Origin: Dictyostelium discoideum | Lineage: Eukaryota | NCBI GenBank assembly: GCA_000004695.1 | Contig: CM000150.2 | Span: forward strand, 4,224,001-4,288,000 | Length of the DNA stretch: 64,000 nucleotides | Reading direction: 5' to 3' | In this document: one piece after another, positions 36,144 to 51,490 of the stretch | Position numbering within the stretch: the stretch's first letter is position 1 | Layout of the letters: each line of letters begins with the position of its first letter | The notes under the pieces: generated by a model | What the model was told of the DNA's origin: nothing | The model's input: only the letters and a program-made list of their open reading frames with translations | Databases searched by the model: none | Position numbers and translations under genes: made by a program

Positions 36144-36932
36144 TTAATTAAATTTTAATGTATCAATTTCATTATTTGGATTAATAATTACTAAATTTGA
36201 ATTATTATTTGTTGAGATGATTGAAATTGGTGGTTTAGAACTTGAATATTTTTCATTATTAACTTTAATTGATTTAATTGATTGTCCTTTTTCAATATCC
36301 CAAATATTTAAATAAAGATGGGATATTTCATTATTATTATTATTATTTTCAACAATTGTTGTATGTCTATTCCAATGAATTAATGTATTTTTAATATTTG
36401 TAATGAAACTACCATCTTGGATTTTAGTTGTTTCTTTTTCAAAATCAATAAACCAAGTTTTACCAATGGTTTTCTCGAAATTGTGAATGATGATATCCGA
36501 TTTTGTGAATATTAATAAATATGGTTCTTGGATTTTCTTTGGAGATACGAGATCGTCCCTATTAATGGTCCAATTTTCAATTATTTCATCACCACTTTTA
36601 CTTTCATTATTAATTAATCTAACACTAATTTGAATTTTATTTTGAAAAATTGAAGTTACAAATAATTTCTTAAAATCACAACTTGTTTGAATTTGTAAAA
36701 ATATTTCACCAGCAATTGGTCTGAATATACAAATAAATTCACCTTGACCTGAAACAAAATTAAAGCAATCAACTTTAATAAATTCAATTCTTTTATTTGG
36801 ATCTGCAATCGTTGGTAATTGAATTCTACTCCATTCATTAATTAATTCATTACTAATTGGATATGATCTACCATAAATATAATCATTTGATTTATAAATT
36901 TTTTCTTTTTTTTTTTTTAAAATGAATTAGTA

Positions 36933-36974
<42 letters not shown>

Positions 36975-37313
36975 ATTTGATAAATTTAAAATTGAATAAT
37001 GATAATAATCATCGGAATATAAGCATTCAATAAAGATTGTGTCATTATTTAAAAATTTGGTATTTTTTTGACAATTTTGATGATCTTTACAAATATTTGA
37101 AAATTTTTTAAAATGATTTGTTTTATCATTAGAATCAAGTTCGAATAATGTAACTTCACCACCACTAGTAGATTTAAAACAGACTACAAATTTTTCATTA
37201 TAAATTCCAATAACTTTTAAATCTTGATCATTTTTAAATGTTTCATTAATTTCAATTTTTAATTGTTTACCTGGAGTTGCAAATAATGGATATTCAACAT
37301 CAGTGGAATTCAT
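36144..37313 (-). CDS. Hypothetical protein, 366 aa (2 exons)
   Basis: Exon 1 is 36974..37313 (MNSTDVEYPLFATPGKQLKIEINETFKNDQDLKVIGIYNEKFVVCFKSTSGGEVTLFELD...ILNLSNG), with a G|GTAAAA donor at 36973-36972 that enters a poly(A) intron. Exon 2 is 36144..36904, with the acceptor AG at 36906-36905 (phase 1). It reads EKIYKSNDYIYGRSYPISNELINEWSRIQLPTIADPNKRIEF... to ..NNEIDTLKFN*. The ORF track misses exon 2 because it has no Met. The ORF-track start at 37361 is a TTG inside a poly(A) run and was rejected in favour of the ATG at 37313. Confidence 0.55.
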
Positions 37314-38006
37314 TGTAATCGTTTGAATAGGTTTCCTATTTTTTTTTTTTTTTTTAAACAATGAATGAATGAATAAAAAAAAAAAAAAAAAATAAAATTA
37401 AAATATGAAAAAAAAAAAGATTTTTTTTTTTTTTTAAAAAATAAACCATTTTTCATAGAAATAAAATTTTAAAATTTGAGTGATGCAATATTTGCAAGCA
37501 TAAGGTGGGAAAATGGATTAGTTTATGAAAAAAAAAAAAATTCATAGTAAAGCAATGAAATTTTATTTTTTATTATTATTTTGAGATTTGCATTTTAAAT
37601 TATTTTTTTTTTCTTTTTTAAACAAATAAATTTTGTTAAAAATAAATTTTTTTAAATTTTTTTTGATTTGTTTGGTTGTTTAATATTAAATATAATTTAT
37701 TTTTTAAATAATTTGGAAATTATATTTTAATTATATTTTTCTTTTTTTTAACAATAGATTTAATTAAGATTTATTACATATAGAAAATAAAATAAAATAA
37801 ATAAAGTATTCCAACAAAGGTTTTTTTTTTTTTTGATTTTCATTTTTTTAATTTTTGCACCTCACCTGACAACAAATCATTTTTTCTTTTTTTTTTTAAT
37901 TTTTTTTATTATTTTTATAAATTTTTCATTTTAATTTTTTTTTTTTTTTTTTTTTTTTAATTTCATAAATTATTGAGATAACAATAATAATAATAATATT
38001 AATATT

Positions 38007-38567
<561 letters not shown>

Positions 38568-38610
38568 ATTTAAAAAACTAATTATTTTTTATTTTTTTTA
38601 AATTTTGTGA

Positions 38611-39138
38611 ATGGCTCCTCTATATATAGCATTTAAAGAAAATTTTATTAAATTAATTACAGCAATTCAAAATAATGATATTAGAACAATGACAGAGATG
38701 AAACATGATCAATCACATTTTATGATGGAGACATCAAGAGATTTATTTCATACATTTAAAGAGATGGGCTATGATAGTGCAGAGAAGTCATCTTATCAAT
38801 CCATTGAACCTGTCATATTAAAGTTTGAACCAATCATTCCATACTTTGATGCAATTGTAAACTATTATATCACCATTTCAACACCACAACCAGATGGCAC
38901 CAAAACAACAAAGAAATACTTTTCAACAATCTTATGGAGAGGCTCTTTCCCTGAATTGGCTCCTGGTCAGAAAGACCCTTTAATCGATGAAAAGACTGTT
39001 GATTTCGAATCAAAACTAATTTGGAAAGTTGGTAAAATCTTTGTTCCAAATGAGTTATCTGAAGTTCAAACTGATCGTTCAAATAAAAGATTATTAAAAT
39101 CAATTGAAAATGATTTAAATAAAATAAAAAATAAATAA
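38611..39138 (+). CDS. Hypothetical protein, 175 aa (possibly the downstream half of the 38007 gene)
   Basis: Starts at an ATG and uses non-repetitive, ordinary Dictyostelium codons (MAPLYIAFKENFIKLITAIQNNDIRTMTEMKHDQSHFMMETSRDLFHTFKEMGYDSAEKSSYQSIEPVILKFEPIIPYFDAIVNYYITISTPQPDGTKTTKKYF..). It begins only 43 bp after the stop of the preceding same-strand ORF. An in-frame TGA sits immediately upstream of its ATG. Confidence 0.5.
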   Translation: MAPLYIAFKENFIKLITAIQNNDIRTMTEMKHDQSHFMMETSRDLFHTFKEMGYDSAEKSSYQSIEPVILKFEPIIPYFDAIVNYYITISTPQPDGTKTTKKYFSTILWRGSFPELAPGQKDPLIDEKTVDFESKLIWKVGKIFVPNELSEVQTDRSNKRLLKSIENDLNKIKNK

Positions 39139-39563
39139 ATAAATGGAAAAAAAAAGTAATGATAATTAACAATTAACAATTAATAATTAATAAATAATAA
39201 ATAATAATAATTAAAAATTTTTTAAAAAAAAATAATAATAAAAAAAAAATATATTTTATTTCAAAAAAAAAAAAAAAAAAAAAAATAGATATTATTTTAA
39301 TTTTATTTATTTCTATTTTTATTTTTTATTATTTCTAAATTTATATTTTTAAATTAAATAAATTCAATCAATATTTTAAGTAGTTTCAGGTTAATTTTTA
39401 TTAAACAATTAAATAATATATATTTAGATTTTTTTTTATTTTTTTTTTTTATTAAAAAATATTTTAAGAAAGTGTTCTTTATTTATTTTTTTTTTTAAAA
39501 AAAGTTTTTTAAAATTTAATTATATAAATTTCGTTTAAACAAAAAATAAAAAAAAAATAAAAA

Positions 39564-39758
39564 ATGGGTTTCGATTGGGTTTCTCCAAATGTTGTAGCTA
39601 TTGTAGACAGAATTGGTCAATTAAGAGATCAAAAAATTGAATGGGAAAGAGTCACTATTATAATAAATAATGAATTTGGCAATTTAAATCCACCAAATGG
39701 TTTTACAATGTCTCAACTTAAAACTTATTATTGTCGTTTAAAACCAAATAACTTATAA
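39564..39758 (+). CDS. Small ORF (64 aa) with non-repetitive composition. Candidate micro-protein, possibly a Myb/SANT-like single-repeat fold.
   Basis: ATG in A-rich context. The sequence is MGFDWVSPNVVAIVDRIGQLRDQKIEWERVTIIINNEFGNLNPPNGFTMSQLKTYYCRLKPNNL. Spaced aromatics (W..W..Y), roughly 19-20 residues apart, are reminiscent of a Myb/SANT repeat. The region shows no homopolymers and has GC-normal codons, unlike the flanking DNA. Confidence 0.35.
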   Translation: MGFDWVSPNVVAIVDRIGQLRDQKIEWERVTIIINNEFGNLNPPNGFTMSQLKTYYCRLKPNNL

Positions 39759-40116
39759 TTCAAATATTAGAATATTCCTGAACAATACAACTGTTCACAA
39801 AAAAAACATTGTTTTTTTTTATTTTTTTTATTTTAGTAAATCAATATTACTTTTTTTAATTTTCAAATTTTTTTTTTATTTTCGAAATAAAAAAATAAAA
39901 AAATAAAAAAAAATAAAAATAAAATAAAAATAAAAATAAATAATACTAAATTGAGAAAAAGGGAATAATTTTTTTTTTTTTTTTTTTTTTTATTTTTATC
40001 AATTCCCTCTTATTTATTCAATAATTTTTTATACATATTTCCTAATTTAAAATTTTAAAAAAAAATAAAAAAAATAAATAAATGAATAAAAAAAAAAAAA
40101 AAAAAAAAAAAAGAAA

Positions 40117-40158
<42 letters not shown>

Positions 40159-40498
40159 CTTTTAAAATTAAAACCAATAAAATAATCAAAAAAAAAAGAA
40201 AAAAAAAAAAAAAAAGAAAAAAAGTTTGAAAATACACCTTCAAATAAATACCTTTTTAAAAAAATTAATATTAAAATAAATAGTAATAATATTATTAATA
40301 ATAATAAAAAAAATTAAAATTAAAGAAAAAAAAAATAAAAATACAATATTATTATAGTTATAATATTTACTCACACCCTTCAACTGTCGTTTTTCATGTG
40401 TCAGTGTTGTTTACGACCTATAATTTTATTATATTACTTTTAAAAACTTTTTAAATAATATATATAAATCATAGATTGCATCAAATAAAAAAAATAAA

Positions 40499-40585
40499 AT
40501 GAAAAAGAGTGATAGTAGTAGTAGTTTAGTTTTTAGTGGTATTCAAATTGAAATTAATAATAACTATGGTAGTGGTAGCGGAAGC

Positions 40586-40621
<36 letters not shown>

Positions 40622-40960
40622 ATTAATAATAATAATAATCCAAATAATAATCCAAATAATAATGGACCACCACTTAGACCATCTTCAGAATGGGTATTAC
40701 TCTCTTCATCTCAACCAACAATAGCCACTACAACCAACTTAACGACAAATGCCCCACTAAGCGATAGTATGATAATGAATTATGTAGGAAATGATAATTT
40801 AAATACCCCAATTACACCATCAACTAGCTCTCCCTATTTAAAAAGGAATAATAGTAATTTAAATAGTATAATCGAAAATAGTAACAACTCTTCACCAAGT
40901 AATGCAATCACTAGAAATAATAGTTTTAATATGGATCCTAACAATAATAATAATAATAAC

Positions 40961-41000
<40 letters not shown>

Positions 41001-41632
41001 GTGAATATATGAATTCAAGTATAGTGTTCGATAATAATGTAAATAATAATAATAATAATCCAAATAATAATCCAAACAATAATGTTCATAGTAATTCACA
41101 TAATACAAATAATAGTATAACTCATAGTGGTAGTATTACCAGCAGCAATAGTAATAATAATAATAGTAATAATAATAATAATAATAATAGTAATAATAAT
41201 AATAATATCAATAATAGTGTAAATAGTGTAAATAGTTTAATGATGAATTCTGATAAAAATTGCAATCATCAATTCCCATCTGACGATGTTTTAATTAGTA
41301 ATGAACATGATATCATTGATTTAGCATTGAATAAAGAGTTCTTAAATCAATATCGTATTCAAACTAATAGTATTTTCATAAATTCACAACATGTAATAAA
41401 TCAAGATGTTCAAAGTTATCAAGATTACGAATCATTATTATCCTCATATAATACCATTTTAAATCAATTATTACTAATTACTTCTTCAAATAAAAATAAT
41501 AATAATAATAATAATCCAAATAATAATAATAATAATGTAACATCTCCAAATTCATTATTATCACCACCATCAACTTCTCAATTACAGCAACAACAACAAC
41601 AACAACAACAATCTCCTTCACCACCATTAAAC

Positions 41633-41725
<93 letters not shown>

Positions 41726-43253
41726 TATTATTTAATGAGCACATCAACAATGAGTTCAACCACAACAAACCTATCAACTAGTACTAATTCAAATATAAAT
41801 ACAAATATACCAACCAATTATAATATGAGTACGTCAATTACAGCGACAACTACTACTACTACAGCAACAAATACTATAGCAATAGGTACAACAACTACTG
41901 CTGCAATAACAACTGCTGCAACAAATTCAACAAATTCTAATAATTTAAATTTATCATCAACTAATTTAGGATTAGATAATAATTTTCTTTATCAAAGGAT
42001 TTTACCAGAGATACTTTCATTATTAGAAAAGTTAACAGTGTTTTCTAGAAATAACGATACAGAAATTTTCAACAGGTTAGGCAATAATGTAAAACTAATA
42101 TTCGATCATTTAAATCTAATAAAGAATGATATTTTAGAAGCAAACTTTTCACACCTAAGGTATGTTTTTTATTTTTTTTTTTTTCATTTTTTTATTTATT
42201 TTACATTTATTTCCTCTCAAGAAAATTAATATTAAATAATATTATATTGTTTCAAATTATATATATATAGTGGTATCTTTACAATTTATAATCATACCAT
42301 TATTAGTAGTGATAAAACTACTAAACAATTTGTATTTAGGTTTTTACATTCATTAGCACCAATGACTGTACCACCTGCGATTGTAGTCACCCCAGAATTA
42401 AAAAAAGTTGTACAAAAAATTCATTTTTCAAAACCAACTTTCACTCCATTATGTATTGAATGGAAAGGTTCTTTTACTTTTACAAAAAGTTTTTTTGGTA
42501 ATTATTTTATTTAAAGAAAAAAACAAAACAAAATAAAACAAAACATCTATATATCTCTATATATATGAATGTACTAATTAATTTTTAATTATTTTAGAAA
42601 TTTGTAAATATATTGATGTATTGAAATCAGTTTCATTATTTATAGCACAAGTTGGTCAATATTGTTTTTTAAATCAATCAATAATTATCAATGATGAATT
42701 ATTGTTTATACCATCAATTTATGTTTTATTTGATAATATTCAAAATCTATCAATGAAAGAAGAAAGATTTCATATCGAATATATTCTACATAATTTAAAG
42801 TTCATTGTATCCAAAATACCAAAACAAACTAGAGAATTCACAAAAACTGAAATTGAAAGATTATATTCATATATTAGAGGTAATCCTTCATATGTAAAAG
42901 AAATTTTACCAAAATTATTGAAAAATATTTATATCGATCCTTATTTCTATCATTTATGGAATAATCATTGTATACATTTATTAAATAATAATATCAATAA
43001 TAATAACAATAACAATACAAATAATAGTAGTAATAATAGTAATAATAATAATAATACCAATATTAATATTGGTAAGGATATTGGAAATGACTTAACACTA
43101 CTTTTGGTTAGTAATAAAAATTCTTTCCTTCTATCTTTTGATGAAAGACATTTCTCAATATTTTATAGTTCAATCAGTAATAGTACAACCACAACAATAA
43201 CACCAACAATAACGTCCCCAAATAATAATAGCAATAGAATCAACAACAATAAC

Positions 43254-43299
<46 letters not shown>

Positions 43300-43334
43300 T
43301 CAATGTAAATAATAATGTAAATAATAATAATGTA

Positions 43335-43365
<31 letters not shown>

Positions 43366-43780
43366 GCAATCAATATATTGTAAATTATTTTGATAATACA
43401 ACATCACTTTTAAATTTTATAGAATCGAATCAATTTAAATATATAATTTTATCAAATAAAGAAGTAGAGACCATTAAATTCTTTAAATCAGTATTACCAG
43501 TCACATTACCATTACCACAACCATCAAGTCGACAAGCAATTCTACAACAACAGCAACAACAAAATTATAAACCTAGAATATTATGTGGACCTTGTTTATC
43601 AAGATTTAAAACAATTTTAGATGAATTTGATAATGAAGAATCAATAGAGAATCAAATTTATTCAAATTATTTAAATAATATTAATAATAATGAAAACATT
43701 GATCCTAATTTAATAGATGGTAATGAAAATAAAATTAATGGAAATGATAATAACAATAATCATGATGATGATGAAAAAAC

Positions 43781-43833
<53 letters not shown>

Positions 43834-44846
43834 TTTATAATAATAATAATATTGAAGATTATAATAATAATAATGATAATAATTATAATTTTGAAAATGA
43901 AATAAATGATAAAGAAAATGAATTTAGAGAATTAGAAAAAGAAATTAATGAAATTGAAAAAGAAGAACAAGAATTAATTAAAGAATATTTAGAATTAGAG
44001 AATCGTAATCAAATTAATTTAGATATTAAACAAAAACTTGAGGATATTTTAAAGGAAATTAAATTGGAAGAGAAAACTCATTATGATCTTGTAAATAACT
44101 ATTATCAAGAATATTTCGATCTTAAACAAGAAGATGAAATTTATACGAATCAAATTAATGCGATTAGGGATCAACTTGAGAGAGTTTCACAAATTGATAT
44201 TAATAAAATCACTTTTAAAATTGAATTACCAAATACTGGTGTCAATGGTGGTATTGTTGGTTATAATGAATCATCAAATACAACAATTTCATCTATTAAT
44301 GGTTTTAGATTAGGTACTTTATCAAATTTAAAAGTTGATTGGGAAGAAATTAATAGTGCATGGGGTGAAACATCATTACTATTATATGTTTTGGCAAGTC
44401 AATTAGAATTTAATTTTCAAAATTATAAATTAATTCCAATGAGTAGTAAATCGATAATTCAATCAAAAAATGATAAAATGTCCTATACACTCTATGGTGG
44501 TGATAATATTCAATTCTCGAGATCATTCCTTTGGTTTGGTGCAAGTGATCAAAGATTTGATAGTGGTATGGAAGCATTCCTGTCTTGTGTCAATGATATT
44601 GCCACCTTTGTACAATCAAAGAAACCTTCAATCAATTTTAACTATCGTATAAGTAAAGATAAAATTGGTGATTCCAATAGGCTACTCTCTATAAAGATTG
44701 CTGGTAATTCCGAATTAAATTGGACAATGGCTCTAAGATTCATGTTAAGCAATTTAAAAAAGATTTTAGATAATTTAGATTCAATCGTTGAATCAAAACA
44801 AAAACAACAACAATTACAAAGACAACAAAGTTTAAATAATTTATAA
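40499..44846 (+). CDS. atg6A: Beclin-1/Atg6 autophagy protein with a long Asn/Gln-rich N-terminal extension
   Basis: Three exons: 40499..42159 (donor AG|GTATGT), about 42271..42497 (donor G|GTAATT; an alternative acceptor at 42339 is in the same frame) and 42598..44846 (acceptor AG at 42596-42597). The protein is about 1378 aa. The C-terminal third carries the Beclin coiled-coil (..ELEKEINEIEKEEQELIKEYLELENRNQINLDIKQKLEDILKEIKLEEKTHYDLVNNYYQEY..) and the evolutionarily conserved BARA domain (..INGFRLGTLSNLKVDWEEINSAWGETSLLLYVLASQLEFNFQNYKLIPMSSKS...YTLYGGDNIQFSRSFLWFGASDQRFDSGMEAFLSCVNDIATFV..WTMALRFMLSNLK). The 'A' suffix on the symbol is assigned from memory of a roughly 1368-aa Dictyostelium Atg6A and is uncertain. 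Confidence 0.8.
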
Positions 44847-45121
44847 CAATAAAATTTTTTAATTTTTTTTCTTTTTTTTTTTTTTTCTAATATTATTTCT
44901 AGATTTTTTTTTAGATTTATTTATTTTTAAAATTTTTTAGATTTATTTATTTTTTAGATTTATTGATTATTAAAAAAAAAAAAAAGAAAACAACAAATAT
45001 CTAGTCATTTTTATATTTTTTTTTAAAAAAGTTTTTTATTTTTATTTTTTTTTTTATTTGTTTTTTTTTTTTTTTATAAATTTTTTTTTTTTTAAAAAAA
45101 AAAAAAATGTTACTATATTAT

Positions 45122-46264
<1,143 letters not shown>

Positions 46265-47252
46265 CTTTATTATGTATATATGTGTTTTTTTTTTTTTTTT
46301 TTTTGTTTTGTTTTTGTTTTTGGTTTGTTGTTATAACGTTTAAGTTGTAATAGTTGAAAAATTAAAATTATATAATCTATATTTTATAAAATTGAATTAA
46401 AAATTAGTATTTATGAACAAAAGACTATATATTTCGGATTTGGTTTATATAAATTTGGAGGAGATGGGTTACACAAAAAATAAAAAAATAAATTAAATAT
46501 AAAAAAAAAAAAAAAAAATTTATGTGTCAAAAAAAAAAAATAATATAAAAAAAAAAAAATAAAAAAAATAAAAAAAAAGTTTTTGTGGGAAAATAAAAAA
46601 AAAATTAAAAAAATTAAAAAAAAAAGGTGGTTTTTAATTTAGTGGTGTGTGAATGTATTCTTTTACAAAATAAAAAAAAATATTATTATATTATTAATTT
46701 TATTATTAATTATCATATAAAACTATTAAAAAAAAAAAAATAATAATAATAAAAATAAAAATAAATAAAAATTTAAAAAAAAATTTTAAAATAATTTGTT
46801 CACGAATTTATTATTAATATGATTTTATTATTATAAAAAAAAAAAATAAAAAAAAATAAAAAAAAAATAAAAAAAAACAAAAATAAAAATAAAAATTGTG
46901 TGGATTAAAAAAAAAAAAAAAAAAAAAAGGATAATAATTATTATATATACTTTTTATTTGTTACTATTATTACTTTGATTTCAATTTTTTTTTTTTTTTT
47001 TTGTTTTTTTTTTTTTTTTTTTTTTTTTAAAATTTTTATTTTTTTTATTTTTTTTTTTTTGGCACCTCCAAAAAAAAAAAAATAAAATAAATAAAAAATA
47101 TTTTATTTGATTTTAAACTGGTTGTTAAGCAGTTTTTTTCAAATTTCAACAAGTCTGGGAATGAAAAAAAAAAAAGTAAATGAAAAAAAAAAAATAAAAA
47201 TAAATTAAATTAAAAAAATAAACAAAAAATTAAACCATACTATTTTTTTTGT

Positions 47253-47287
<35 letters not shown>

Positions 47288-47506
47288 TAAAATAAAATAA
47301 AAAAATAAAAAATTATATAATTGTTAATCACAAAAAAATTTTAAAATGTTCTGTTGCGTATTTGGTGTGATATTAAACAAAACATATGTGCTGGATTGTC
47401 TTTAAAATGAATATACTTTTTTTTTTATTTTTTTTTTTTTGGTTTTTGTTTTGAAAAATAAATAAATAAATAATATTCTGAAAAACAGTGTGGCTTTGTA
47501 TTTAAA

Positions 47507-47543
<37 letters not shown>

Positions 47544-47882
47544 AAATTTTAAAAGAAATCGAAAAAAAAAAAAAAAAAGAAACAGCAACGCAAATCGTTT
47601 TTCAATTAAAAAATTTAATAAAAAAAAAAAAATAAAAAAAAAAATAAAAATAAAAAATTCGTTTTTTTTGGGACAAATAATAAATGATATATATCGTTAT
47701 CTATTTTTTATTTAAATATATTCTTTTTTATTTTATTTTATTTTTTTTTTAAAAAAATTTGTTTTTGACTTTTCCATATTTACAATTATTTATTTATTTA
47801 TTAATTATTTTATTTATTTATTTAATTAATTATTTAATTATTATTATTTTTTTATTTTTTTTTTTTTTAAAAAAAAAAAAAA

Positions 47883-48478
47883 TTAATGAGAATGATTTTC
47901 TTCATGACCATGGTCATTATGATCACCATGTTCATGTTCACATTCGCACTCTTCGTTTTGTTTTGGTTTTTGTTTTATAGCTCTATGTTCGTCTTCACTT
48001 TCATCACTACTTTCATCATAAGGTTTCTTTTTATGAAAGATACAACATTCTTATTTAGAAAATAAAATAAAAAAATATTAGTCTTTGACTTATAGTTTTG
48101 TTTTTATTTTTTATTATTATTTATTATTATTATTTATTTATTATTTAAATGACATCAACAATAAAGATGAACACATAAAAAAAAAAATATATATATATAT
48201 ATATATAATAGGACCTTTATTCCTATTATAACATTTAAATAAATAAACATACTTTTTGATTTTTTTTTTGATAAATTTTCGTTATCTACAATCCCTTCAT
48301 TCCATTGAACTCTCTTTTTATCTTTTTTTGGTGGTTTTCCAAGAACAAGTCTTAATGTTGGTGGAGAATTTGGACCACTATTAGTACTGCCACTACTTTC
48401 AGTTTGAAGAAGAGTTGTTGTTGTCGTTGTTGTTGTAGTTGGTGAACTTGCTAAAGTTGGTGATCTTGTTGTGTGCAT
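47883..48478 (-). CDS. Protein phosphatase 1 inhibitor, Ypi1/PPP1R11 (inhibitor-3)-like
   Basis: Two exons: 48253..48478 (MHTTRSPTLASSPTTTTTTTTT..GKPPKKDKKRVQWNEGIVDNENLSKKKSK, donor A|GTATGT) and 47883..48049 (KCCIFHKKKPYDESSDESEDEH...HGHEENHSH*), with the acceptor AG at 48051-48050 (phase 1). The signature KRVQW.E.VVDNE...KCCxIFHK plus an acidic/His tail match the Ypi1/inhibitor-3 family. Confidence 0.75.
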
Positions 48479-48880
48479 TTCCTGTTGTTTTTCTATTTCT
48501 CCACCTGATAAATGAATTTTTTTTTTTTATGATTGTTTGAATTATTGATATTGTTTTTTTATTATATATTATATATTTTCATTTCAATTCTGCGCTAAAT
48601 GAAGTAATGTTATGTTTGTTGTGAAAAATAAAAATAAAATTTAATTTTAAAAAAAAAAAAAAAAATTAAAAAAAATAAAAAAAAAAAAAAAAAAATAAAT
48701 AAATTTTTTTTTCATTTTATGATAATTGTTTAAAGAAAATGGTAAACACACCACACTTAACATATTACCAAAAATATTAATTTTAATTAATTTATGAATT
48801 AATTTCTATAAATTTTATTTTTAATGGGGTTTTTTTTATTATTTTATAAAAATAAAAATATAGAAAGTAAAAAAAAAAAA

Positions 48881-49010
<130 letters not shown>

Positions 49011-49480
49011 TATTATTATTATTATTATTTATATTGTTTTTATAATTACTATTGTTATTAATTATTATAAAAAAATAAAAAGAAAAAAACTTTTCTACAA
49101 ATTAATTTCCAAAAATTGAATATTATTTGAAATTTCTATTGTAACTGAAAAAAACAAAAACTAAAAAAAGTAATAATCAGAAAATTTTATAAAAGTAAAA
49201 GTCAAATTATGATAAATATTTTTTATTTAGGTACCTCATCATTTGGAAAAAATATCTTGTGTGCAATAAAAGAATAAAATGGAAAAAGTTGGAAAAAATA
49301 GTGTTTTGCTGTGTATGTATTAACAAAATTTCATTTTCATTTTTTTTTTATTTTTTTTATTTTTTTTTTATTTTTTTTTTTTTTATTTTCAAAAATTTTT
49401 TTTTTGTTTTTTTTTTTTTTTTTTTTTATTTTTTTATTTTTCATATTTACATTCACAATTTAAACATAACATCATCAAAA

Positions 49481-49768
49481 ATGATCTCAAATGTTTTAAA
49501 GAGAGCCTCTGTTTTGGCTAGATCAAATGGCATTCAATCAGCCTTTTGTACGTATTTTAAAATACAAAAACAAAATAATAATAATAAAAAAAATAAAAAT
49601 AAAAAATAAAAAAAATAAAAACAGTGATCAAAACTCGAATTTATACAATGAATAATAATTAATATTTTTTTATTTTTATATATAAATAGATACTACAACT
49701 GCTAAAACTGAAGCATCTTCATCTCCACAAATGAAAATTAAAACTGCTGAAAAGAAAGATCACTGTAG

Positions 49769-49814
<46 letters not shown>

Positions 49815-50624
49815 AAAAAAATAAATAAAAAAAAAAAAAAAATTAGTTTATTAATAATTGATTAAAAAAAAAAAAAAAAAAAAAAAAAAATAAAAATTTT
49901 AGTTGTTAATTTCCAAGTTTATAGATATAATGAAGAAACAACAGCAAAACCATATATTCAAACTTATAATATTAATCTTAAAGATTGTGGACCAATGGTT
50001 TTGGATGCATTATTATTAATTAAGAATAATATTGATCCAACATTATCATTCCGTCGTTCATGTCGTGAAGGTATTTGTGGTTCATGTGCAATGAATTTAA
50101 ATGGTAGCAACACATTAGCATGTACCAAAAAGATCACCGATTGTTTATCAGGTGATACAGTTAAAGTTTACCCATTACCACACATGCATGTCGTTAGAGA
50201 TTTAATTCCAGATTTATCACATTTCTATACACAACACAAATCAATTAAACCATGGTTAGAGCCAGCCGTTGATGTACCAAGATACAATGGTAAGGAAATT
50301 CTTCAATCAAAAGAAAACAGACATAAATTAGATGGTCTTTATGAATGTATTTTATGTGCTTGTTGTTCAACCTCTTGTCCAAGTTATTGGTGGAGTGAAG
50401 GTGGTGATGGTGGTTATTTAGGTCCAGCCGTCCTCTTACAAGCTTATCGTTGGATCGCTGATTCTCGTGATTCAATTCAAAAAGATAGATTAGCAATCCT
50501 CTCTGAAGATCAAATGAAAGTTTACAAATGTCACACCATTATGAATTGTACTGCTGTTTGTCCAAAAGGTTTAAATCCAGGTAAAAGTATTGCTAATATT
50601 AAATATTTATTAGCACACAATTAA
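49481..50624 (+). CDS. sdhB: Succinate dehydrogenase [ubiquinone] iron-sulfur subunit (complex II, SdhB)
   Basis: Three exons: 49481..49547 ([22 protein letters not shown], a mitochondrial presequence; donor T|GTACGT), 49690..49764 (donor T|GTAGGT) and 49903..50624. The third exon carries the 2Fe-2S motif (..[18 protein letters not shown]) and both 4Fe-4S/3Fe-4S Cys clusters ([16 protein letters not shown], ..[17 protein letters not shown]). Phases are 1, 1 and 0. Confidence 0.9.
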
Positions 50625-50681
50625 TTTTTTTACCAATTAAACTTTATTTTATAAAAAAAACAAAACAAAACAACATTCAAA

Positions 50682-50717
<36 letters not shown>

Positions 50718-50868
50718 TATTTTTTTAAATAATAATTTTCATTTTAATTTAAATAATATAAATAATAATAATTATAACAAAATTAAAAAAAAAAAAAAAA
50801 AATAACAACAACTTAATAGTAATTGATATAATAAAATATAAATTAAAAAAAAAAGGTTTTATTTTGTT

Positions 50869-51400
50869 TTATTTATTTTTTGAAAATAAAATTAAAATTG
50901 GTTTTTGATGTAATTTAAAACCTTGTGTTTGATTTAGAGCTAAAGTTGCTAATTGGATGGTTGGAAATGTTATGAATGCTTGATTTCTTAATTTACCTTC
51001 TTTATGATAATCAATAATTAATTGTTTTTTCATTTCAGTGACACTATTAAAATGTCTTCTAAATAATGATTGAAAATCTTGATATGAAGCATGTTTTGAG
51101 ATATTTTTTATGTAAATTTTATTTGTTGGTTCACCAATTTCAATCTTTTTCTTATTTATAATTTCAATCTCTTCTAATGTTGCTTTATTATTATTTAATT
51201 GTTCAATATTAATTATATTTTTAATTTCTTCTTCTTCTTTTTCTTTTTCTTTTTCTTCTTTTTCTAATTCTTTATTTTCACATCCAGTTTCAATTCCATT
51301 AATTTTGAATTGTATTTTTTTGATGGAAGTGGTGGTGGTACAAACATTATTTTTAGAGGTTAAAGTATTTGTAATGTTTGTATTTTGTTGTTGTTTATTA

Positions 51401-51490
<90 letters not shown>

